A stretch of DNA of 63,947 nucleotides, filler included, from Perkinsus olseni (lineage: Eukaryota), in NCBI GenBank assembly GCA_013115125.1. It is 5 parts of 5 records of this genome, joined end to end, with 100 filler letters (N's around TTAATTAATTAA, not from the genome) between each part and the next. Parts side by side here need not be neighbours in the genome. Positions count along the whole stretch, not along the records: positions 25,874 to 38,665 come from JABANN010000780.1; positions 38,766 to 51,544 come from JABANN010000781.1; 3 more parts are not named here. The stretch is one strand, 5' to 3'. The notes beneath the pieces were generated by a model. The model saw nothing but the letters and a program-made list of their open reading frames with translations, had not been told where the DNA came from and ran no database searches. Both the position numbers and the translations under genes were made by a program. Below, piece by piece: positions 34,801-47,197 of this stretch (within the stretch, counting starts at the first letter, position 1; every line of letters begins with the position of its first letter).

Positions 34801-36841
34801 ATTGTCTTGGTAGGTGTCCTTGATGGCTCTGGCAACCATCCTCTTGGCATCGACGCTGAGCAGATGACTGACGCTGTGTTTGACTACATCTTCGATCTTG
34901 CTTCTGAGCCCCCAGCTGACACCGCCATCCCTCGGGAGAGCTTAGAGAGGCTCAAGAGGGAGTTCAACTACTGGTAGGGGGCGTTAATTACAATCGGCCG
35001 GCGTCGACCGGAACCCTGCACTTGGGAGATTGCATTGTCAGGTATCCTATGAGTCTGAGGTGCAGTGGTAAGGATTTGATCCCCAATCACTTGACGATGT
35101 GCTTGTACAATCACGCTGCTATTTGGGAGGATCGGTGAGCGTATGATGGTTGAGGGTTGTACAGCAGCTCTTGTCGTGCCAGCCCCGACCTTTGGCCTGA
35201 GGCTTTCTTCACCAACGGCCATGTCATGGTGGATGATGAGAAGATGTCCAAGTCTCGCGGCAACTTCCTCACTCTGGACCAGGCTTGCAAGGAGTTCTCA
35301 GCTGACGCCACTCGTCTGGCGCTCGCTGATGCTGGTACGCTGCTGTGTAGGGAGCTCCGCTGATGCCCATTATTTCACTGTAGGTGATGGACTCGAGAAC
35401 GCCAACTTCAAGCGGAAGACCGCCAATGACAGCATCTTGGCCCTCACCACTTTCGACAACTGGGCTACCGAGGTTATGACTAGTCCTGCCGAGCTTGCCA
35501 AGGAACGTGATGGTAGTAGTAGTAGCTGTGATGTGTGGGATGTTGGGTATGATCGGGAACATCATCTCAGGCGAGTACACGTTCGTCGACAAGTGCTTCG
35601 CCAACGAGCTCAATAGACTCATCAAGGAGTCTGATGCTGGCTACTCTAAGATGATGATGAGGGATGCTCTCAAGGCTGGATGGTTCGACATGCAGAATCT
35701 GAGGTTGGTTATGGCAGCGGACGGTCGACTACTCCCAAAGCTGGTTGTGATCAGGGATCAATACCGTGTCCTCACCGATGGCTCTATGCACCGCGATCTC
35801 CTAAGACGCTACATCGAGGTCCAGGCTCTGGTCATGGTGCCCATCACACCCCACTTCTCTGAGCATATCTGGAGCGACATCCTCAACAAGGAGGTGGGGA
35901 GGGATCGAAGGCCGCCTCTTCGGTATGTCCTTCCTTCAGGGTCTCGCCGTCAAGCAGTTGTGGCCCGAGGTCGATGCTCCCTTCGATGAGTCTCTCAGTA
36001 AGTCGTCCGCTGCTGGTGTCTCGCGTGTTGTTGGGTCGGCAGTGATGGCATTGTCATGTAGGCCGACAGTACAACATGCTGCAATCCAACCTTCGTGAGT
36101 TCCGTTTGGAGCTGCAGAAGCATATGCAGCCGAAGAAGAAGGGCCCTGCTCCCGTGCCTCCGACTGGTGGGTGATGGGGATTAGTGTGCTCGGGTAGTAT
36201 TGTGGAGGTGATGTTCAGATGCCGTGATCTACGTTACGAAGGAGTACAAGCCATTCCAGCAGACCTGCTTGAAGGTCCTCAGTGAAGTTGAGCTTGACGA
36301 GAATAACGAGCCGGTACGCGGGGAGCGGTATACTGTTTTTGTCGGTGACGTGCTCTTCTCCTTGTTTGAACGAGAGCTCTTCTGAGTGACGCTTTGCAGG
36401 TGGACAAGAAGTTCATGGGCAACTTCTTCAAGGACCATCCCCTTATCAAGGCTTTGCCGAAGCAGGAGAAGGGTATGGCTATGAAATTCGCCCCCTTCCA
36501 CATGCAGACGGAAGTGAAGACCAAGGGCAAGGCCGCACTGGCTCTCACTCTGCCCTTCGATGAGACTAAGATGCTCGAGGATCAAAAGGGTGAGTCGCCG
36601 CGGGCTGACTGACTCGCTGTGTCTCTGTGGTCTCGGCAGTCAAACGGGTGCTGTATCGCGCGGAGGTGGCATCCTCTCTCTTTGGTCAGGACTGATCAAG
36701 AAGCAGTTGGGCCTGCCTGGTGACGTGGAGGTGAGAGATGCCGCCGAGGAGTCCTCGGTTGACAAGAATAACCGAAGAGCGACTGGTGCTCCCGGCAGAG
36801 CAGTAATCGTTTTCTACGCTAAGGATAATGAGACACAGTAG
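31845..36841 (+). CDS. LARS: Cytosolic leucyl-tRNA synthetase (many short introns)
   Basis: [11 protein letters not shown] (HIGH), [13 protein letters not shown] and [11 protein letters not shown] (CP1 editing domain), [10 protein letters not shown] and KMSKS. Confidence 0.97.
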
Positions 36842-37107
36842 ATGAGGCGACCTGCCGTTATACTGCAATTCTGTCACTTGTTTTCCTCTTCTTACTACTG
36901 CGGTTCCGATTGTGCTCGTGATGCGTCCAAGGGAATATTGTACAGGTTTCACCAGTAGCGCTTGCATGCGTCGTTGCGTAGCACATACAATGACTGAGGG
37001 CGGCATGGGACGAGCGGCAATTCCTATTGAACCCTGCTCGGCTGGTCAGTAGTTTTGTCAGTCTCATCGTCTGTTTCTACCGCTATCATCGGTCGATCCG
37101 TCTCTCA

Positions 37108-38187
37108 ATGTCACAGCGGCATCATCGTCGTCGTGTTCGAAGGCCGTCTTGTCTGAATGCTGTGTTTTTGGTTCTTTGCTGTCTGGGCGGAGGCCAGCAA
37201 TTGCGGCATTTGGCCGAGGAAGGGGAAGTTACACCAGATGTAATCATGGCTGCTGCCGAATCCCAGGAGACAAGAAGAGCCGCTGAAGGAAAATCCTTTG
37301 CTTCGATGGAGGGGTCTGTATCGGGCTCGTCGGAGTCGATACCGTGGATCAGATTACAACCAGCGAGGTTATCGTATGTTAAGAATGGGACTCTAGCCGA
37401 CAAACGGCATAATGCTTGGCAACACTGGGCTGCTATCACTTTCTCATGTCTCGCCATAATGGTTGTGGCCGCTCATTTTGTGGTCTGTTTTCGTGGCATG
37501 TGCTCGAAGGGTGCTGGCACTAGCGACCCGAGCGCACAGCAGCAGTTGAATACCACCGGCCACTCCGCCGCGACTACAATAGGGATGCCTGTGGATCGAG
37601 ATCATCCCTTGCACACCCTCATATCATCAGGGGAAGGGCCGCCATCTTCTCCCGGCCAAGGCCCATCTGGCAGCAGAAGAGGGGCTAACGGGAAAAGCGG
37701 TCCGAGACAGCAGTTGCAATTTGATAGGTTTGTCGTGAGAGGGGCCAACACGACTGGCTCGTACAGTGGTTACCCCGGCCTGCCCTCAGCTGTCTCGAAG
37801 ACCTTATCTGCGGAGGGAAGATTGGGCCCTCGTCATGGTGGGTACAATATAGTCAATAAGTGGGCTGATGGTAGTGGTGGTGGTGCAAGGTCGGTAGGGT
37901 ACCAAAGACCTGGCTATGTAATGCGGGGCATGTTCGATATCGCCTCTGACGAGGACGATGATGATATCGAGGACCAGGGTACTGCTGCAGGAGAGGTCTA
38001 TTACGGCTTGGACGGCCGAGCTCGTGTGGTTCAATACCCACAGACATTACTAGTACCAGAGGACGATGAGACACCTGAAGAATTCGCTGCTCGACGGAAG
38101 CGTCAGAAGGCATATGAGCATCCGGGTGGTGGTGGTGGCGGCGGCGGTACATCTTGGTCACCGCCACCAGCTTCCTGGCGGCGATGA
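37108..38187 (+). CDS. Hypothetical membrane protein
   Basis: Long uninterrupted ORF with an N-terminal hydrophobic segment and a second TM segment (WAAITFSCLAIMVVAAHFVVCF). Start codon uncertain. Confidence 0.6.
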   Translation: MSQRHHRRRVRRPSCLNAVFLVLCCLGGGQQLRHLAEEGEVTPDVIMAAAESQETRRAAEGKSFASMEGSVSGSSESIPWIRLQPARLSYVKNGTLADKRHNAWQHWAAITFSCLAIMVVAAHFVVCFRGMCSKGAGTSDPSAQQQLNTTGHSAATTIGMPVDRDHPLHTLISSGEGPPSSPGQGPSGSRRGANGKSGPRQQLQFDRFVVRGANTTGSYSGYPGLPSAVSKTLSAEGRLGPRHGGYNIVNKWADGSGGGARSVGYQRPGYVMRGMFDIASDEDDDDIEDQGTAAGEVYYGLDGRARVVQYPQTLLVPEDDETPEEFAARRKRQKAYEHPGGGGGGGGTSWSPPPASWRR

Positions 38188-38595
38188 TGATGGTGATGAT
38201 CGTACTGGTCATCATCACTCGAGCAGTAGCTCATTCTCATCACGGACTTATGTCACTCGTGCCTAGCCCCTTCCAGTTTTTTCAACCCTGTTCAGCCAGT
38301 CGCCGAGGGTGTGGCGCTAGCAGCCCTATTTATTTCGCTATCGTCAAGCGAGGGATGCACCACCTCACGATGCCTTCTAGCAGCGGCAACATTAACCCTT
38401 GCATGCGGTCTCACTTACCGAAGCCTCCGCCCCCATTGTTTATGCCATGGTAGGCGGTTCCTGTCGAGGCTCGTTCCGTGGCAAATGATAATGATAGCCC
38501 TACATCGCTTGTCCGAGCCTACGCTCTTTCCTACCTTTTCGCAACACTTTCGCGATTTACTAACATAACCATTGCCACTATTGTCATTAATTCTT

Positions 38596-38665
<70 letters not shown>
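38596..38665. repeat. (CTA)n microsatellite at the contig end
   Basis: Read directly from the sequence. Confidence 0.97.
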
Positions 38666-38765
38666 NNNNNNNNNNNNNNNNNNNNNNNNNNNNNNNNNNN
38701 NNNNNNNNNTTAATTAATTAANNNNNNNNNNNNNNNNNNNNNNNNNNNNNNNNNNNNNNNNNNNN
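38666..38765. other. Artificial contig linker
   Basis: N44-TTAATTAATTAA-N44. Confidence 0.99.
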
Positions 38766-40568
38766 TCATCGGCAGGGCGGGACGAGTCGAGTTCGACGAG
38801 TTTAGGGTGGGTCGTGTGCATCGGAGCAGGATTTGCAATGCCCAAGAACTCCGACTAAATTGTTTATGAACGGTACAACAACAATTAGACAAGAGATGAA
38901 GAGGCCCAAGCTGGCTAGCAGAGGAGGTTCGGCCAAGCCTGAGGTGACGAACCTACGGCCGGGTTACTATCAGTGATACTCACGCGTCATCGGGACGTAA
39001 AAGATATTGACGGCGATCGTGGCCAAGACCTCAATACTGAGGATACCTCCAATCTGACCCGGAGTAAGTTGATACTGCTCAGAGCCAAGCAAGCCGAACA
39101 CCGTCGTCCAGTTTATCTGGATGTATCTAATACGAAAGCGTGGGGAGACAGGGTATAGATAGATCCAGCCTACTGTCCGTCGAAGGCTGCTATGGCCATG
39201 CAGACGACGGTCGGCCAGAGGAACTTATTCTTCGCCATTACAACTTGCGGGCCGCCCGACTTTCGAATGGGCATACCATTCTCGTCCTTCTCCAACGATT
39301 CAGTGAGGAAGAAGAGAAGTAGTAATACCAGAATCGCTCCGAGCACTCCGACGAAGTAGAATGGGAATGATAGGGTTACTTCAGACAACGCTCCGCCTGA
39401 ATTGGGAACTTTAAGTTGAAGCGTTAACCATCAGAATGGCGGCTCAAATTTGAAGAAAGGCTCCCCTCTCGAATTCGTACCAATGCTCGGACCAATTGCC
39501 TGTCCAACCACGATGCACAGCCCGAAGAATGCGCCATACATTTTCATATCAGCAGGTCGACTACTGTCGATGATGAAGGCCATGATAACAGGACAAGTAC
39601 CTCGAGGGAGGGGGCTCATCATCACACCACAGCAGGGCCAAGCCTACCAGCAGCGACGCCTCCCATTGCACGGAAGCCAGCGAAGCTTCCCAAATCCCAG
39701 GCGTTGGCGACGAGGAACTGCGATACCATAAAGATTGTCATAGCACCAATAATGACTGGACGACGACCGATTTTATCAGATATCGGGCCGGTGACCAAGG
39801 AGGAACAGAACGTGCCGATAGCATAGGACGCCATCAGTGTCGAGGCAACGGCGCCCTGGTCAAGCTTCGCAACGTACCTGGACTCCACAGCTGGGAGGAG
39901 AAGATCCATCAACGTGAATTGCCATTTCCCGCGGCATCTACATTGCGGAAAATTCCCGTAATGTGAATGCCGCGGAAATCGTGATGTGATATAAAGTCGA
40001 ATCACTTAGCGAAATACACTCTACTTCGAATACCATTTCGCGAAAGGAGTTTTTGGGTGGAAAATTGGCTGTAAATCGCGTCCGCGTTTTCAATAGCGTC
40101 AATGCTGTGATCGTAGGTTCGTTCAGTCAGCGAAAAACACCTTATGTGTTCTACACGGTTCTCACCTCCCAAATGTGGAAATCGCGATGTGAAAGCCGTT
40201 CACATCGCGATTTCTTTTCACTGGAAGGCGAAATGTGTATTTCCTTAGCTTTTATCGTATCGCCGGTGAAACTACATTGAACACGCTTATTTAGTCGCTG
40301 CTGGCTGGCAGCAGGGAGGGGCGGAATCAGCAAGACAACCGCGAAGGACATAAACTTACCACGGAGTCACCGTGGCCAGCATCGTGTTGGCCAACCACTC
40401 TAGGAATAGGCTCGAGAAGAGGAGGAATAGATCCATAATCCTCCTTGGGTGATACTCCAGTCTGTACATGAGCTTCCTGAGCGGCTTAAGTTTGTAGTAT
40501 TCCTCGTCAGAGAGAGGACCTTTACGAGGTCTGTCGGGGATGAGGAGGATATTCTTCAGAGCTACCAT
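38766..40568 (-). CDS. MFS transporter (DHA1/tetracycline-antiporter-like), copy A; 3' end cut by the contig edge
   Basis: Motif A GPISDKIGRRPV, FAGFRAMGG, and TM exons paralogous to copies B and C. Confidence 0.88.
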
Positions 40569-40637
40569 ACTAGAGAAGCAGAAACAACACACGATAACAC
40601 GTGGGGTGAACAGTAGAAAAACGTTCATCCGAAACGG

Positions 40638-40943
40638 ATGATGGATGGTGGCCTCGGTGGCAATGAAGATGGCGGTGGTGGCGGTAATGGCGGTGCCGGT
40701 GGCAACGATAATGGCGGCGACGGCGGTGACGGCGGCGACGGTGGCAATCATTTCGGCGGCCAAGGCGGTAATGGCGGCCACGGTGGCGATGATAATGGCG
40801 GCCAAGGCGGTAGTGGTGGTGCCAGTGGCAATGATAATGGCGGCCAAGGCGGTGTAGGCGGTGACGGTGGTGATAATAATGGCGGAAATGGCGGTGCAGG
40901 CGGCAACGGCAGCTCTGGTAGCCGTATTCTTTTCTTGGCATAA
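40638..40943 (+). other. Gly/Asn/Asp-rich repeat ORF, probably a truncated gene remnant
   Basis: GGN-codon repeats encoding (GGNDNGGQGG)-like units. No signal peptide. Abuts the duplicated MFS 5' region. Confidence 0.45.
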
Positions 40944-41102
40944 AGGAGAGTGGCGTAGAGGCGGGACGAGGGCACCGCAAGTGGTTTCCGGATGGATGGC
41001 TCTACGTTAACTACTATATAGCGTGAATCCGTTTGCTCCACTTCGATATTCGCCCACTTGATTAGTCGCTCGCGCCGCAAGCCTCGCGACGTACTCTAGC
41101 AC

Positions 41103-41243
41103 GACTGGATCTCTTCTCCTCGTCTTTGCTACTGGATCATCACAATTTTGTACAAGACTGGATCTCTCCCCCTCGTCTTTGCTACTAGATCATCACAATT
41201 TTGTACAAGACTGGATCTCTCTCCCTCGAATCAGCACAATTTT
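41103..41243. repeat. 53-bp tandem repeat, about 2.5 copies
   Basis: GACTGGATCTCT recurs at 41103, 41156 and 41209. Confidence 0.9.
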
Positions 41244-41737
41244 GCAGAGTATATTCGATTGAACTCATCAAACCAGTTTCCGTATCGTATTCGTTCGACA
41301 TGCGATAAGGAAGCACCAGTCGCCCCTTGCGCATGCGTACGCTGCAAATTCCTCACGATACGGTAAGCTTACAAGAATACTCTACCAACTCCATCGATCT
41401 TGCGTTAACTAAAAACAGGCACGGAAAAGCAACAGCAGTTCCGGTCATCCAACCCTCACGCAATGTCTAGAGTTCACTAAATCAATTGATAACTCGCACA
41501 AGAACCATGACGCGAGAAATCTCCTTTCAGCAAAGAACGCGAAACTGCATATGTCATTACAACAAGAAGATCAAAAAGAAGGAAGGTTTCTCAGTATATA
41601 AACAAGTTAGTATTGAATGAAGTGACGGTGGTGAACACCACCCAGTCGGATGAAAATCGTCAGTCAAGGTCGATAGGAAGCAACAGCGGTTCTCCGAAGA
41701 CACCGAAGTTTCCGCCAAGGTACAACAACAAAGAAAA

Positions 41738-44700
41738 TCAAATCGCAGTTTCTGTAGAATCAGAGTCGTCTATGTCCGTCATCGAAGGGTTTTTAGGCTC
41801 TGTGTCGCCCTGATTAGACGGCGGTCTCTCGTCCGTCACCGCAGGCTTCATCGTGGGAGCCGACGCAGCTGCTTTTTTGAACAGCTTCAGCTGATGTTTG
41901 ATACCGAAGTGGATACCCAAACCTGAGAAGCAAAGAGTCTTAGCATCATCATGCTACCAGCTCGAAAGCAAAGTTGGACGATGATTCGGAAAGTCTGTGA
42001 CGGTCAGGCGAGGGAGCAAGTTCAACGACGAAGTAGTCGCATCGCTAGTCTATCGAAAGGGCCAGCCAGCGTTTTACGACCGGCAGGGCACAAGCCCTTG
42101 CTGGTTGCCATCGTTTTGGGAGCGGGCTCTGACCGTAGTATCAGTTCTCAGCGATACTGCCACGAACCAACGAGGAGGCGAATGTGCGATCCCGGCTCAA
42201 CCCCCTCGGCCGCTTCGCGTGTCTTATGTTGACTATGAACGATCAAGGAATAACATCACGCAGCAAAGATTCTTACATGCAAGTGAGCCCACGCAAGAGA
42301 GTATGACGCTGAGGTAGAACGGGTAGGTGGGATCGAGATCGTAGAGATCACCACCGACCAGTGGCCCCACAATTCCACCTGAATCAAAGAGAACAGATCT
42401 GGCCTGTACACTATTCCAAGCAGGCGATGCTGCTCTATAAATCACAGTGAGCGGAAGTATATAAGGCTTCTCGCCTGAGGACGCTTACCAACATTGGCAG
42501 CACCCATCACACAGGAATTGATGAGTCCTCTTTTTTTCGGAGGGGCTATGACAGAGTTGAAGTAGGCCATACCAGCGAAGTACAGAGCAGCTGAAGGCAG
42601 ACGATAATGAGCAGCTTATACGACTGGGAAAACACGATAATCGGTGATTCACAAATTCATGCTGTGAATCGCTCACAGTCCACCAGTTGGTCGAAGACTC
42701 CTCCCCACAGGTGTCTGAAGGGAGTGATTTACTGGGATTGAATGCTCGGCGTATTTGTTCATTCGTATTTGTCATTCGATAGATCGCACCGCGTAGAGAT
42801 ATATGTTGATATGTAGATATCTATGTTGTAACTCACAGCAGAACCGAATTATTGCACCACCCCACTTGGGATCCCATCTTTCACACGCTCATTCCTCTAC
42901 CCTACACGACAGTCATGTCGTCATCACTCGCACACTCTCCTCCACGTCTTGCTACCACTAGACACTGCGTTATAGGTATGTCATATCCCGCTCGACTCCA
43001 GGCGACAGTTTTTCCGTTGCCCATTGCCAACTCTCTCGGCGAGTCGAAGAAGTTCAGCTAGTAGAGTTTCCGAACGAGACGACTGCCTCGGCATGACGGC
43101 GGTCCTCGCTCGCGAGGAGCGCGACGAACGATCATTTCAACCAGCTAGCGATATCCACATGCAGTAACTCTTGCTTACTTCCAGCCTGAATACACATGCC
43201 CAGGAAAATAACCCCAACGACGCTGTCTATGAATGGAACTCCGACGATGCCGATCGCGATGAGCATACCAATCGATCCCAGCAACGCCGATTCCAGCACA
43301 TCTGAGAGGCGGGGTAAAAGCGAAGACACCGAGACTATTCGCCTACGGGTAAGAGGAAGATAGATACAGTTGACCACGATGGAGGCGATGGCCTGAATGC
43401 CAAGGAGCCCGCCGTTCGCCGACGTAGACAAATGATATTGATCGGCACCCACCAAGCCGCAGACAGTGGACCAGTTGATTTGAAGGTATCTGATAGAAAC
43501 ATTCTGACCCAAAATTCCAACTGCCACAGACCGAGGGCCATGCAGCAGCCCTGTGCTCAATAGAAGCATCTACGTAGTAATGTGGGACTCTGGTGGGATC
43601 GAGCCAGTGAGTTGCAATCAAAGCGATTATCGCCGATCAATTTGGTGGAAAACCGTCGCAGTCTCAGTAATAGCTTTCTGCCCGAGTATTACACTCGATT
43701 AGAAATCGGAGAAACCGTCGCCCCTTGCCCCCGACCTACTGCCCAGAGAAAGATGCCGTAGCCAGACAGGCAACGGTCGGCCAAAGGAACTTGTTAGTCG
43801 GCGGGTCCTTCTCTTCGGGACTGGCGAATTTATTGATCGGCATACCATGCTCGTCTTTCACCAAGGACTCTCTCAGAAAGAGATACATAAATACCAGCAG
43901 AGCCGCGGAAATAACGCCGATGAAATAGAATGGGAAAGAAAGAGTCACGCTGGCCAGCGCGCCACCTGAGAACAGTACGAGATGGTCATGGTTGCCGAGA
44001 AAACTAACGGGGCCAGTGAGCAGCAAACAAATTTTGAACACGCGAGTCTTGCGGACTTTTACGGCGGAATGTGGATACCTCATTCACCATCGCACGCTCC
44101 CTGGAATATTTCCCCGTAATACATGACGCACTGCTTTTCGCGAAGTGAAAGACCAGAAGAATCGCAATGTAATATGCGGAAGTAGTCTTCTTCACATCAA
44201 GACGGGAGAAACTCCACTGCTAATTCCCAGAGAGCCACGGATGTTCTGGCACTTCTCCGTGTGAAGGAGGGAAGAACATCGGTCGGAGCTGGTCAGCAGG
44301 ATGAGCCCCACCGAAGCCCTGAATATTACCAATTGCTGGTCCCAAGCTTTGTCCGACAACCACAAACAGCCCCATGAAAACGCCGTACATTTTCATGTCG
44401 ATAGGGCGGCTACTGTCTGTAAGATATGCCATAATGCACGGTCGAGTACCTGGTGAAAGCTCAACAACCTACTTCACACGAGCCTTACACAATTATATGC
44501 ACTCCCGAGGACTTTCTAAGGACTTTCTATCGAAAATTTTGGAATTAACCTTGGCCAACGACGCAAAATCATAAGTATCAGAGTATCAGAAATCCCGACT
44601 GCACGAACACGGAGTACTCGGCGAGATCAGATGGGCAGCTGCTGCAGATCAGATAGGTCGATACGAATATCTTTACGGCTTCACGATAATGAGCAACTTT

Positions 44701-46486
44701 CGCTGACCTTGCGCAGGTCGTTCAGGGCCTGAACTTCAGGCCTGATCGAGAATAGTCCTCTGTCTGCCTATGCCCCCGGTCGCTTTTTGGCATGAGTGCC
44801 ACCCTGGCGTAGAGCCGATAAGCTGCATGGGCAGTCTGTGCGAAGGAGACCCGTCTCATGCGCCCAAGAGCAACCACTCTATGTAGTATCACCCGGCAGA
44901 TCTCAGGCTGCAGCTCAACCGAGGAGAAATTCCGGTACCCTAGCTTGAGATTTAAAACCTCCATAAACTTGTCAAGGTGCTTCTTCAGCTTCGCCGCAGG
45001 GTACACCCGTGTCGGGGGTACATGTGGGCTCACCCCAAGGTTCAGACCTTGATCGATCTCGACGAACAAGTGAGAATCGGGAGCGTCGGTTGCCACTGCC
45101 AGAGCTTCCCCGAGCTTCTCTCTAACCGGACTACCACAGGCTGACAGCTCGCCTGAGCATTCCAGGGCGGCGCAGGGCTTTGGCACTACTGAGCCTTGGA
45201 TTAGCATGGTGAAGGATATTAAAATATTCCGACTACGCACGAGAGATGAAACGGAACAAATCTAGATCGTCGATTCAGACGCTATAGCAAACTTGTTCCC
45301 CACGTTCCGAATTTCTACTCACGGGTAAACGACGCGGTTGCGTGTGATTCTCGGTAGCAGGGCCACCCCCGACCATTACCAGCAGCTACACCAGCCATGG
45401 CCCGGAACCCTGCAAAGCTGCCAATATCCCAAGCATTGGCCATGAGGAACTGTGCTACAGTATAGATGGTCATGGCTGTGAGGAACACTGGACGGCGACC
45501 GAGCCTGAGAGTAACGAACAATCCCTTGAGTAACCAGTGCCGTATGACTGAGCGCCGAGGAAGAGCGCTGTTTGGTGCTGTCCGGAGTCGGACCAGCCCG
45601 ACTCCGGATCTTCTCTTCTTCATTTCTTTTTTACGGTCCGTAAACCATTCGACGGAATGGAGTAGGGAGAGGACTATAATAACGCTATAAAGTTACAACC
45701 CTCTCAACTACGAATCTGCGATGAACATTTTTGTTCCACCTATTTCTGCGTCATTCTGCGAGTTGTGAACAGAAACCAGTAGTCCGTCGATCGGGCAGAC
45801 CGCGTGCTCGCGTAGACAGAAGAAACTCCTCGAGTGTTGAAAAGTTCGACTCGAAATATAATTACCGAAAAGGCTTAGCAGAGATCGAAGGAGCCCTCCC
45901 AATGACTACCTATCACTGAGTGGTCCGGTAACAAGAGATGCAAGGAATGTCCCAACAGCGTAGGCAGCCATAAGAATGGAGGCAGCCGTACCTTGATTCA
46001 TATCCGGAGCTAGATCCTCGATATACCTGAACACGCACGAAAGGTTTTCGAATCGCGTGATCACAACCGCAACCAAGCTCCATCGCGACGGGCCAGTACA
46101 GGTCGAGACGCCTAGAGGGTTCAGGCTTACCACCCATGTTAGACACACCGCTTCAATGATGTCTGGAATTCCTCCTTGCATCAACCCCCCAGCAATGGTT
46201 GAATATTCCCGGCAAGAACCACTCACAGAGGAAAAACCGCAAGCGCAGGCCCCCGGCGATGATATTACCATGGAGTGACAGGTGCCAAGAGAGTACTTCC
46301 CAGCCACTCGAGGAAGATACTAAAGAATATCATAGTCAAGTCCGCCACACGCCTTGGTCTGTATTTAAGTCGATAGAGTAACCTCTTCCAATGATTGAGG
46401 TTATAATAGTCATTCGGGGGCAACGGACCATCGCCGCCCCCATCAGGAATCGGCAATATCTTCCGGAACTCCTTGCCGATGCTCAT
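41738..46486 (-). CDS. MFS transporter copy B (long introns)
   Basis: MSIGKEFRKILPIPD...; GPLSDR|LGRRPV; GGIVGPLVGGDLY. Confidence 0.85.
44640..45240 (-). mobile_element. Decayed reverse-transcriptase N-terminal fragment, DIRS/Ngaro (tyrosine-recombinase retroelement)-like, inside an MFS-B intron
   Basis: DAPDSHLFVEIDQGLNLGV...PPTRVYP...YRNFSSVE...VVALGRM...VALMPKSDRGHRQTEDYSRSGL(N)DL resembles the G-x-x-LG / NY-x-S / PK-x-DG-x-R / D-x-S-x-SG-x-N pattern upstream of the DIRS-type RT core. It is broken by a frameshift, and no YxDD was seen. Confidence 0.6.
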
Positions 46487-47197
46487 CAGTACGAGAGAAG
46501 AGGAAGGGTTGTAAGCGTTACTACACCCACTGAAACAAGTGCTGTATAGGAGCTGCTTAACGCTGAATTCGTTGGTGATCCATATTAACACAAGCAAGAA
46601 TAGTACCAATTTTCACCAAAGATTCTACCATAATACCTACAGGTCGTACGCTGGTGTGACTGGCCATACTAGCCATACTACGAATGAAAGGAGCGGTTTA
46701 TGGCTGCTCGCACGTGCGAGATTTGAATGGCTCTTCACACTGATCATTGTACATAGATGTCGATCCATATTGACATGAGCAACAATAGTACAAATATTGA
46801 TACAGATCCTACCACAATTTGCCCAAATCATACTACCAAACCAGCGTCACGTCCTCCAGCTGAGAGGGCCCTTGTTATCTCCAAGAGGACCCGGTGATGG
46901 TCAATGCGAGGACCCTCGAACCACACATCCTCCCGTGATGAATCAAGACAAACTCAAAATCACGTATTGCTGGGAGAAACGAGTAAGCATCGGGTCAAGG
47001 ATGAATATCCTTACTAAAGACAGTGCCAAAGGAAGAAATGGAAGTCAACTCTTCCGTGGCAACTGAGCGGTCAACTCCGCTCGGACGAACGTCTCTTCGA
47101 ACCAAGAGAATCTAATAGTGCTGCTAACAGCAACACCAAGGCAGCTAACTTGTAGGGACTAGACAATCCGATACACCGGTCGCATCACCGCGATCAT

